Notes under the pieces: generated by a model
The model's database searches: none
What the model was told of the DNA's origin: nothing
Seen by the model: the letters and a program-made list of their open reading frames with translations, nothing else
Assembly (NCBI GenBank): GCA_031277795.1
Contig: JAITLQ010000015.1
Location: 193,667-217,666, forward strand
Direction of reading: 5' to 3'
DNA: 24,000 bases
Source of the DNA: Arthrobacter sp.
GTDB lineage: Bacteria; Actinomycetota; Actinomycetes; Actinomycetales; Micrococcaceae
Program-made: the position numbers and the translations under genes
Shown here: piece after piece, positions 7,233 through 14,385 of the stretch
Position numbering within the stretch: position 1 is the first letter of the stretch
Layout of the letters: the number at the start of each line of letters is the position of its first letter

Positions 7233-7841
7233 GTGAGCATCAGGCTGGTCCTGGCGGACGACCAGGCACTCGTGCGCGGCGCGCTCGGTGCGCTGCTCGA
7301 GCTGGAGGGGGACCTCACGGTCGTGGGGGAGGCGCCCGACGGCGCCGGCGCCGTGGAGCGTGTGCGTGAGCTGCGCCCCGATGTGTGCCTCATGGACATC
7401 CAGATGCCGGGGATGGACGGGCTCGAGGCCACCCGCCTGGTGAAGGCGGCGAGCCCCGAGACCAAGGTGCTCATCGTGACCACGTTCGCCCGTCCGGGCT
7501 ACCTGCGGACGGCGCTCGAAGCTGGAGCGAGCGGCTTTGTGGTGAAGGACGCCCCGGCCGAGCAGCTCGCCGACGCCGTCCGCCGCGTGCACTCCGGGCT
7601 GCGCGTGGTGGATCCGGCGCTCGCCGAGGCCACGCTCTTCGAGGGCTCCAACCCGCTCACCGAGCGGGAGGCGCAGGTGCTCAAGCTGGCCCTGGACGGC
7701 CGCTCGGTCGCGGACATCGCCACGGAGGTTTTCCTCTCCGCCGGGACGGTGCGTAATCACCTCTCGAGTGCGATCGGAAAGACGGGCGCGCAGAACCGGG
7801 CGCAGGCCGCGCTCGCCGCGCGCGAGAAGGGCTGGATCTAG
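7233..7841 (+). CDS. Response regulator, NarL/LuxR family
   Basis: GTG at 7233 is preceded by GGAGG (7222-7226). The receiver motifs are LADDQ and CLMDIQMPGMDG. The C-terminal LuxR HTH reads LTEREAQVLKLALDGRSVADIATEVFLSAGTVRNHLSSAIGKTG. Confidence 0.95.
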   Translation: MSIRLVLADDQALVRGALGALLELEGDLTVVGEAPDGAGAVERVRELRPDVCLMDIQMPGMDGLEATRLVKAASPETKVLIVTTFARPGYLRTALEAGASGFVVKDAPAEQLADAVRRVHSGLRVVDPALAEATLFEGSNPLTEREAQVLKLALDGRSVADIATEVFLSAGTVRNHLSSAIGKTGAQNRAQAALAAREKGWI

Positions 7842-7890
7842 CCGACGTGCGCGGCGGCGGGTGCGCCCGGTACCGTGCGGTCGCTCGCGG

Positions 7891-9252
7891 CTACTCCTCC
7901 TCGAGTGCTAGTTCCGCCGGCTTCACGCGGAAGCCGCGTGTCGTGACGGCGAGCCACCCGGCGCCCAAGGCGAGCCAGGCGAGCCCCACCACGAGCGCCG
8001 GGAGCGACAGCGACGTCCACAGCCACACCGTCAGGGCGCAACCGATGCCGGGGAGCACTCCGTAGCGCAGCCCCGCGAGCGCCCCGCGGCGTTTCTCATC
8101 GATCAGGAAGTGCTTGATCACCGCGAGGTTCACGAGCGTGAACGCCGCGAGCGCGCCGAAGTTGATGAGGGAGGAAGCGAACGTCAGGTCGACGAACAGG
8201 GCGACGAGCGCCACGGCCGCGATGACCAGCGTTGACCCCACCGGCGTACCGAAGCGCGCCGAGAGCGTGCCGAACACGCGTCGCGGCAGCAGGCCGTCGC
8301 GGCCCATGGCAAAGAGCACCCGCGCGGCCGTGGCCTGCTGGGCCATGACGGCGCCGAAGCAACCGGCCACGAAAGCCGCGGTGAAGAAGGCGGTGAGCAG
8401 GTGCCCGCCGGCCGCCCCGACCACGTCGTTCGCCGCGGCATCGGGCGAGGTGTAGGCCCGCCAATCGGGGAACACCACCTGGCTGAGCCAGGACACCACG
8501 ATGAAGAGCACGCCGCCGCACAGCGTGACCAGCACGATCGCCCGTGGCACGGTGCGCGCCGGATCCTTGGTCTCCTCGGCGATCGAGGCCACGGCGTCGA
8601 AGCCGAGGAAGGAGTAGCAGAGCACGGCGGAACCGGCCAGGAGCGTGGCCACCCCGGTGTCCCCGGCGGGAACGGCGGCCACGGTGCCGCCCAACACGGG
8701 CTGGAGCGCCAGGAAGGCGAACACGACGAGGAAGACGACCTGCGCCGCGACGATGACATTGCTGACGCGGGAAAGCAGCTTCACGCCCGTCACGTTCAAC
8801 AGGGTGACGAGCACCAGCGCCGCCAGGATCCACACGGCCTGCGGCACGGCGGGCACCGCGGCGTGCAGGTACACGCCGATGACGAGGTAGGCCATCATCG
8901 GCAACAACACGTAGTCGAGCAGGATGGTCCAGCCGCCGAGGAAGCCGGCGTGGGCGCCGAAGGTCAGGCGCGTGTAGGAGTACGCGGCGCCCGCCTTCGG
9001 GTGGGCGCCGGCCATGGAGGCGTACGACGTCGCCGTGAACAGCATGGCCACGAGTGTCACCACGTACGCCAGGACGATCCGACCGTCCGTGAGCGTGTTG
9101 ACCACGCCGTAGGTCGTGAAGGAAGCCATGGGCATCATGTAGGCCAGGCCAAAGCCGAGCGCCCCGAGCAGGCCGCGCGAGCGGACGAGCGTGGGCCGCG
9201 CGGCAGCCGCGGTCGTGACCCCGCTCCCGGCCTGGCCCGTCGAGTTGCTCAT
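7891..9252 (-). CDS. APC-family amino acid/polyamine permease
   Basis: ATG at 9252 is preceded by AGGAGGTGG. The 453-aa polytopic protein contains ...AGAAYSYTRLTFGAHAGFLGGWTILLDYVLLP.... The track ORF 7891..10512 is over-extended through the upstream gene. Confidence 0.88.
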   Translation of the reverse strand: MSNSTGQAGSGVTTAAAARPTLVRSRGLLGALGFGLAYMMPMASFTTYGVVNTLTDGRIVLAYVVTLVAMLFTATSYASMAGAHPKAGAAYSYTRLTFGAHAGFLGGWTILLDYVLLPMMAYLVIGVYLHAAVPAVPQAVWILAALVLVTLLNVTGVKLLSRVSNVIVAAQVVFLVVFAFLALQPVLGGTVAAVPAGDTGVATLLAGSAVLCYSFLGFDAVASIAEETKDPARTVPRAIVLVTLCGGVLFIVVSWLSQVVFPDWRAYTSPDAAANDVVGAAGGHLLTAFFTAAFVAGCFGAVMAQQATAARVLFAMGRDGLLPRRVFGTLSARFGTPVGSTLVIAAVALVALFVDLTFASSLINFGALAAFTLVNLAVIKHFLIDEKRRGALAGLRYGVLPGIGCALTVWLWTSLSLPALVVGLAWLALGAGWLAVTTRGFRVKPAELALEEE

Positions 9253-10403
9253 GCTCCCACCTCCTGCATGGCGCGTTCCGAGTCGGCCCCGGCGCCGCCG
9301 AGCAGCCCCGAGTAGTCGAGGGCCACGCGCGGCGTCACGCACGGATTGCCCTCGGCGAGGTGCAGCACGCGCGCGGCCGGGTCGATCACCACGGACATGA
9401 TGGAGGCCCACTGCGAGGCCTCGGGCGAGCGCGGATCCGGGTGGCAGCAGATGGAACCGGGGGCATCGGTGTGATCGGTGAGCGCCTCGTGCAGCTCCGC
9501 CACGCCCACCACGGGATCGGCCTGCACCAACGATGTCAGCCGGCCCAGGCGCACATAGGAGTCGGACATCGCCACGGGCGCCAGGTCGGCGCCGCCGACC
9601 AGCGGCGAGACGAAGTGGTTCGTGTGGAACGTGGCCCCGCCGGATTCGATCACCGGGTGCACGCCCTCGGGCCCGCCCGGCTCCACCTCCACGTTGAGGA
9701 TCGCCCCGTTCTCGGTGCCGAGCACGTAATTGCCGGAGGAGGCGCGCCGGTGCCCGGCCAGCAGCTCCACGGCGTCGTACGCGTGCTCGCAATCGGCCAT
9801 GGCCCGCAGCATGACGTGGAACGGGACGCCGTCGGCGATCCCGTCCGCCGTGGTGACGAGCGTGTTGACGCAGAGCCCCAGCCCGGCCGCGTTGAGCATC
9901 GTCTTGCCGAGCAGACCGGCCTCCACGATGGTGACGTAGTTGGGCCCGTCCTCGCGCTCGACCTCCAGCAGGATCACCGAGTCGAAGGCGTGCACGAGCC
10001 AGTCCCAGTTCTGCCCGATCAGCGCGCGGTGCACCTCGGTGCGCTCGGGCGAGAGGGCAAAGGAACTGCACTCGCCCTTCGAGGAGCCGGCCCCGGCCGG
10101 GGTGTCGGTCAGCGCAGACCACAGGATCTCGGTGCGGCAGTTCATCGCCAGGACGTCGGCCACGGGCAGGCCGGAGCCCGCCGCGATGCCCTCGATCTCC
10201 CGCCAGATCGCGGGGAAGGCGGCGCGGATGGGCGCCTCGTGGCGCGCGGCGAGGCCCACGGCGTCGGCCCACGAGATGCCCTTGGCGGCGAAGCTCGCCT
10301 CGTAGCCGGCGCGGGCGGCGGCGATCTGCTCGGCCGCGAGGCGCCCGTACTGCTCGCCGCGCTCGCGCGGCGCGCCGGAGACGCGGATGCGGGGATACCC
10401 CAT
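9249..10403 (-). CDS. Peptidase C45 / acyl-CoA:6-aminopenicillanic-acid acyltransferase-like Ntn hydrolase
   Basis: Begins MGYPRIRVSG...RERGEQYG... A candidate autoproteolytic/nucleophile Cys sits at about residue 112 (SSKGECSSFAL), followed by IGQNWDW and a later GNYVLG. The stop overlaps the permease ATG (ATGA at 9249-9252). Confidence 0.75.
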   Translation of the reverse strand: MGYPRIRVSGAPRERGEQYGRLAAEQIAAARAGYEASFAAKGISWADAVGLAARHEAPIRAAFPAIWREIEGIAAGSGLPVADVLAMNCRTEILWSALTDTPAGAGSSKGECSSFALSPERTEVHRALIGQNWDWLVHAFDSVILLEVEREDGPNYVTIVEAGLLGKTMLNAAGLGLCVNTLVTTADGIADGVPFHVMLRAMADCEHAYDAVELLAGHRRASSGNYVLGTENGAILNVEVEPGGPEGVHPVIESGGATFHTNHFVSPLVGGADLAPVAMSDSYVRLGRLTSLVQADPVVGVAELHEALTDHTDAPGSICCHPDPRSPEASQWASIMSVVIDPAARVLHLAEGNPCVTPRVALDYSGLLGGAGADSERAMQEVGA

Positions 10404-11509
10404 CAGGCCCTCCCGAGGAGTCGCTGGATCGGGTCGAGGGACCAGACGCCCTCTTCGCCCGATGGCGTGGCCTCGTCTTCCGGCGCGGCTTCCGCTGGGC
10501 TGGGGGAGGCACTGCCCGACGGCGCGGGGCCGGCCTGGGCGCTCGCCTCGCCGCCCGCGGCGGCCGCGCTGGAAGCCGCCCGCACGTCGTCGAGCACCGA
10601 GGCCGGCAGGAAACCGGGCGCCTGCGCCCGTGGCAGCGTGCCCGTGAGCTCGCCCCGGGCGGCCAACGCGGCGACCTCGGCGGCGGTGCCGATCCAGGCG
10701 CCGGCGGCTTGCAGGTGCGTGATGACGCGCTCGATGAAGGCCAGGCGCGAGGGGCGGCCGGAGATCATGGGGTGGAAGGTGGTCATGACGTGGCCGCCGA
10801 GCGCGGCGATGCCGTCGATCTCGGGCTGCCAGACCTCCCAGACCTCGCGCGGGGAGCGGATGGTCTTGTCCCAGGTGTCGTTGGCGAACCAGAAGTGCGG
10901 GGCGTCGTCGAGGATCCACGAGACGGGCACCTCGGTGAGGGGATGGCTCTCGTGGCGGTACGGGCGGATGTCGTTGAGGAGATTGGAGCTGTACGTCAGG
11001 CCGGCCTCGGTGAGCAGGTCAAGGGTGTGGGCGCTGAAGTCCCACGAGGGGGAGCGGTAGCCCGTGACCTCGGCGCCGAGCGAGCGGAGCGTGTGCAGGC
11101 CCTGGTGCAGCTCGGCTTCCTCCTCCTCGCGCGTGAGGAGCGTGGGGGAGGTGTGCGAGTGGCCGTGGTGGGCCACCTCGTGGCCGGCGACCACGATGGC
11201 GCGGACCGCCTCCGGGTGGCGCAACGCGTCCTTGCCTGGAACGTAGAAGGTGGCCTTGACGCCCGTGCGCTCGAGCAGATCGAGGATCAAGGGGATGGCC
11301 ACGCGCGGGCCGTAGGCGCCCTGGGAGAGGACGCCGGGGCGGGAGGCGTTCTCGGGGTTCTCCCCGATCCAGACCTCTTCGGCGTCGAAGTCGAAGGACA
11401 GGGTGGCGCCGAAGGGGGCGCCTGTGGGCCAGGTGGGGGCGGTGAACGGGGTGGACAAGCTATCGCCTCGATCGGTGGCAAGTGAGTGGTCTACCTCACT
11501 ATGCGTCAC
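10403..11509 (-). CDS. Polysaccharide deacetylase (NodB-homology / CE4-like) family protein with an Ala/Pro/Ser/Glu-rich C-terminal tail
   Basis: Motifs LSFDFDAEE, VKATFYVPG, AGHEVAHHGHSH and GYRSPSWD are present. The start is uncertain: GTG 11509 as in the track, or a TTG 17 codons downstream with GAGG upstream. The stop overlaps the next ATG by 1 nt (TGATG at 10401-10405). Confidence 0.8.
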   Translation of the reverse strand: MTHSEVDHSLATDRGDSLSTPFTAPTWPTGAPFGATLSFDFDAEEVWIGENPENASRPGVLSQGAYGPRVAIPLILDLLERTGVKATFYVPGKDALRHPEAVRAIVVAGHEVAHHGHSHTSPTLLTREEEEAELHQGLHTLRSLGAEVTGYRSPSWDFSAHTLDLLTEAGLTYSSNLLNDIRPYRHESHPLTEVPVSWILDDAPHFWFANDTWDKTIRSPREVWEVWQPEIDGIAALGGHVMTTFHPMISGRPSRLAFIERVITHLQAAGAWIGTAAEVAALAARGELTGTLPRAQAPGFLPASVLDDVRAASSAAAAGGEASAQAGPAPSGSASPSPAEAAPEDEATPSGEEGVWSLDPIQRLLGRA

Positions 11510-11529
11510 CGGTGGGCGGGATCACAAGT

Positions 11530-11571
11530 GCAATGCGTTGCTTCTGTGTGAAATATCCACGCGTTGCGTGG
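11530..11571. promoter_or_regulatory. Bipartite conserved cis-element GCAATGCGTTGCT-N14-CCACGCGTTGCGTGG (copy 1)
   Basis: Located in the 72-bp gap between the Lrp/AsnC gene and the deacetylase operon. Both boxes recur with the same 14-nt spacing at 23261-23301 on the opposite strand. Confidence 0.55.
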
Positions 11572-11581
11572 TGTGTGGCGG

Positions 11582-12058
11582 CTAGTCCTGCGCGTCGACG
11601 ACGTGTTCGATCGGCGTGCCGTAGCGCAGGTGGTGCACCTTGAGAACGTGCACCGACTCGGTGTCCTGGATGCCGGGGATGCGCTCGATGGTGCCGCGCA
11701 TGAGCTCGTAGAGGTGCTCGGTGTTGCGCGTGTGGATCTCTGCGCAGAGGTCGAAGCGGCCCATGACGGTGGAGAGGTAGGTGATCTCGGGGATCTCAAG
11801 GAGCGCCGCGATGACCTCGTCGTGGCGCGCCGGTTCCACCTTGAGGTTGGTCAGGGTGAGCTGCGTGTTGGTCTCGCGCGGATCGGTGAAGGCCACGATG
11901 CGCAGGATGCCGGCGTCCTGCAGGCGCTTCACGCGCGTGCGCACGGTGGCCTCCGAGGTGCCCACGGTGCGGCCGATCTCGCGGAACGCGCGGCGCCCGT
12001 CCTCCTCGAGCTGGGCAATGATCGCGCGATCGAGGTCATCTAGGTGCAGTTCGGCCAT
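11582..12058 (-). CDS. Lrp/AsnC family transcriptional regulator
   Basis: The N-terminal HTH is LDDLDRAIIAQLEEDGRRAFREIGRTVGTSEATVRTRVKRLQDAGIL, followed by a C-terminal RAM/AsnC-type ligand domain. The product is 158 aa. Confidence 0.92.
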   Translation of the reverse strand: MAELHLDDLDRAIIAQLEEDGRRAFREIGRTVGTSEATVRTRVKRLQDAGILRIVAFTDPRETNTQLTLTNLKVEPARHDEVIAALLEIPEITYLSTVMGRFDLCAEIHTRNTEHLYELMRGTIERIPGIQDTESVHVLKVHHLRYGTPIEHVVDAQD

Positions 12059-12090
12059 GGCTGCGAGTCTATCCAGCAGCGTGGCGTGTT

Positions 12091-12110
12091 TTGTCTACAA
12101 GGGTAGACAA
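12091..12110. promoter_or_regulatory. Perfect 8-4-8 palindrome TTGTCTAC-AAGG-GTAGACAA in the divergent promoter region
   Basis: Read directly from the sequence. It lies 33 bp upstream of the Lrp ATG (minus strand) and 84 bp upstream of the PHP-pair start. Confidence 0.5.
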
Positions 12111-12136
12111 TTGATCCGCGTGTCGGTAGCTTCGCC

Positions 12137-12161
12137 GTGGAGGGCGCTTCCCGCCCTCCAC
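12137..12161 (+). other. 10-bp GC-rich stem-loop in the presumed 5' leader of the PHP pair
   Basis: GTGGAGGGCG (12137-12146) is the reverse complement of CGCCCTCCAC (12152-12161), with a 5-nt loop. It ends 32 nt before the GTG start. Confidence 0.5.
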
Positions 12162-12193
12162 CCGCCACCGCCCGTGCACACCGGAGGAATACC

Positions 12194-13240
12194 GTGCCCC
12201 CACTTGCGACCGTCAGCGGCGCCCTCGACCCGGCCCTCGTGCGCGGCGCCACCAGCGCCGGAGACCACCTCATCGGCGCGCTGCCCGCCACCCCGGGCGA
12301 GCGCGCCACGGACGTCTACTTCTTCGAGGCCCCGCTGACCCTCGAACGGCTCGGCGACGCCATGCTCGGCCGCGCCAACCGCGAGGACGCCACGCTCACG
12401 CCGGACACCGCGGCCGCCGAGCTCGAGGACTTTGCCGAGGCCGGCGGCGTGCTTGCCGTGGAGCTCACCCCGCTCGCGGCCGGGGCTGATCTCGCGGCGC
12501 TCGCCGGGGTCGAGGCGGCCAGCGGCGTGCGCATCGTGGCCTCCGCGCATGCCGGCGAGGGGCCGCTGGCGCTGCGGCTCGGGCCCGGTCGCGCTGGGGT
12601 GATCGTGCTGGGCCCGGCGGCCGAGCCCGCCGCCCGCGAGGAGGCGCTTGGCCTCGCCGCGCGCGGCGTTCCCGTGATGCTCGACGCCGCGTGGCTGGGT
12701 GGGGCCGAAACCTCACCGGGGCCGGTCGCCGGGGCGGGCGACCCCGTGCACGACGCCAGCGCCGCGGCGGGCGGAGCGGGCCGCGGCGCCGGTGCCGCCG
12801 CTGTCGCCCCGGCGCCGCTCGGTGCGCTGCACGAGCTGCTCGACACCGCGGAGGCGGCCGGGGTGCCCGCCGACCGCCTCGCCGTGCTCGGCGCCCGTTC
12901 CCTCGCCCACCGCCCCGACGCGCTGTCCGAGCTGGCGGCGCGAGGCGTCTACCTTCACTTCGGCTCGCTGGGCCGCATCCCTTCCGTGTACACCGAGGTG
13001 AGCGATCACGACGTCGCCGTGTCGCTCGCCGCGCTCACCGAGGCCGGCCACGGGGAGCGGTTGTTGCTCGCCGCCGGCCTGGATCGCCGCCACGCCCTGC
13101 GCGCCCACGGCGGACACGGGCTGGGCTTCCTGCCCCGTCAATTCCTTCCCTATCTCGGCTTCATGGGCATCGGCGCCGACGCGGCCGGTGTCCTCGCCTC
13201 CGACAACCTCGTCCGCTTCCTGGATTGGAGCCGCCCGTGA
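12194..13240 (+). CDS. Phosphotriesterase-homology (PHP/PTE, amidohydrolase superfamily) paralog with degenerate metal-binding residues
   Basis: GTG at 12194 is preceded by GGAGGA (12183-12188). The N-terminus LATVSGALDPALVRGATSAGDHLIG aligns with the family pattern TV.G.I....LG.T..HEH, but HEH has become GDH. The C-terminal region GHGLGFLPRQFLPYLGFMGI...NLVRFL parallels the downstream paralog. Confidence 0.7.
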   Translation: MPPLATVSGALDPALVRGATSAGDHLIGALPATPGERATDVYFFEAPLTLERLGDAMLGRANREDATLTPDTAAAELEDFAEAGGVLAVELTPLAAGADLAALAGVEAASGVRIVASAHAGEGPLALRLGPGRAGVIVLGPAAEPAAREEALGLAARGVPVMLDAAWLGGAETSPGPVAGAGDPVHDASAAAGGAGRGAGAAAVAPAPLGALHELLDTAEAAGVPADRLAVLGARSLAHRPDALSELAARGVYLHFGSLGRIPSVYTEVSDHDVAVSLAALTEAGHGERLLLAAGLDRRHALRAHGGHGLGFLPRQFLPYLGFMGIGADAAGVLASDNLVRFLDWSRP

Positions 13241-14385
13241 GCTCGCCCGCCGCCCCCGCGCCCCACGCCGTCGTGCCCTCCTCTCCGGCGGCGGCGCCGG
13301 CACCCGCGGTCACGACTGCCCCGGCGGGCGCCGTGCCCAACCTGGCCGGGCGCGTCCTCACGGTGGCCGGCCCGGTGGAGCCGGCCGCGCTGGGGCAGGT
13401 CTCGATGCACGAGCACGTCTTCCTCGACATCGTGCGTCCGGCCCACAACCCGCGCCCCGGCTACGACGCTCCGGCCGCGAGAGAACCGCTGGGCCTGCAG
13501 AACCTCGCCGCCGTGCGCGCCGGCGCGGCGCTCTACGCCAACGACCGGCTGGGCGACCCGGCGCTCATGGCACGCGAGGTCGGCGCCTTCCGCGACGCCG
13601 GCGGCGGCGCGCTGGTTGAGCTCTCCAACCTGGGCCTCGGGCGCGACGCGGAGGCGCTGCTGGGGCTCTACCGGACCACCGGGCTGCACGTGGTCATGGG
13701 CGCCGGCTGGTACGAGCGCGAGTTCCACCCAGCCGACATGGATCAGCGCAGCGTCGAGGAGCTGACGGGGATCATCGTCCGCGACATCGTCGAGGGCGTG
13801 GACGGCACGGGGATCCGCGCCGGGATCATCGGCGAGGTGGGCGTGGACGGGAATCCGCTGACCGCCAACGAGCTGAAGTCGGTGCGGGCCTCGGGCCGGG
13901 CCGCGCGGATCACGGGCGCGCCCATCAGCTTCCACCGCGGCGGCGCGGGGGAGGAGCAACACCGGGTGCTCGACGTCCTCGAGGAGGAGGGCGCCGACCT
14001 TTCGCGCGTGGTCATGGGGCACGCGGGCACCGTGGGGCACGACCTCGCGTTTGCGCGCCGGCTCCTGGCGCGCGGCGTGAGCGTGGAGTTCGACTTCCTG
14101 GGCACCACGGGCTCACCGTGGGGCACGCTCTTCCCCTTCACCGATCGCACCGTGGCGCGCGGCATCCTGAACCTCGTGGAGGACGGGCACGCCGGGCGGA
14201 TCGTGCTGGGCCACGATGTGTGCCAGGCGATCCAGCTCGCGGCCTTCGGCGGGCACGGCTACGGCTATCTGCACCGGCACTTCCTGCCGGAGCTCGTGCG
14301 CATGGGCCTGGACCCGGCGCTGCTGCGGACGTTCCTCGTGGAGAATCCGGCCCGCTTGCTGACGTTCGGGGCGCCTAGGCCATGA
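13237..14385 (+). CDS. Phosphotriesterase-homology protein (PHP/PTE family hydrolase), apparently catalytically intact
   Basis: GTG at 13237 overlaps the upstream stop (GTGA). After a Pro/Ala-rich leader of about 35 aa come LTVAGPVEPAALGQVSMHEHVF, GIIGEVG, ISFHRG, VVMGHAG and VLGHDV, the full ligand set as in E. coli PHP-type proteins. The 3' end overlaps the convergent gene by 11 nt. Confidence 0.85.
   Translation: MSSPAAPAPHAVVPSSPAAAPAPAVTTAPAGAVPNLAGRVLTVAGPVEPAALGQVSMHEHVFLDIVRPAHNPRPGYDAPAAREPLGLQNLAAVRAGAALYANDRLGDPALMAREVGAFRDAGGGALVELSNLGLGRDAEALLGLYRTTGLHVVMGAGWYEREFHPADMDQRSVEELTGIIVRDIVEGVDGTGIRAGIIGEVGVDGNPLTANELKSVRASGRAARITGAPISFHRGGAGEEQHRVLDVLEEEGADLSRVVMGHAGTVGHDLAFARRLLARGVSVEFDFLGTTGSPWGTLFPFTDRTVARGILNLVEDGHAGRIVLGHDVCQAIQLAAFGGHGYGYLHRHFLPELVRMGLDPALLRTFLVENPARLLTFGAPRP

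Noticed and set aside
5834-7483. 549-aa minus-strand ORF antisense to the kinase/regulator. Similar antisense ORFs occur at 3768..4814, 5164..6051, 6915..7760, 9360..11060, 15873..17033 and 21447..23147
   Set aside because: All are antisense or out of frame relative to family-recognisable genes. They are rich in Arg/Pro/Gly/His/Asp runs and lack SD-start contexts.
9253-10512. N-terminal over-extensions in the track: 7891..10512, 9249..10919, 18938..20953, 20119..21243, 20892..21512, 12691..14385, 15087..16715 and 14375..15403
   Set aside because: The extensions read through upstream genes or intergenic DNA in a frame lacking stops. In each case an internal start with an SD sequence, and often a 1-4 nt stop/start overlap, gives a protein of canonical family length.
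11547-11561. TGTGA-N6-CACG resembling a CRP/GlxR half-site in the Lrp-deacetylase gap
   Set aside because: Only the left half matches TGTGA-N6-TCACA. The right half belongs to the CCACGCG palindrome instead.
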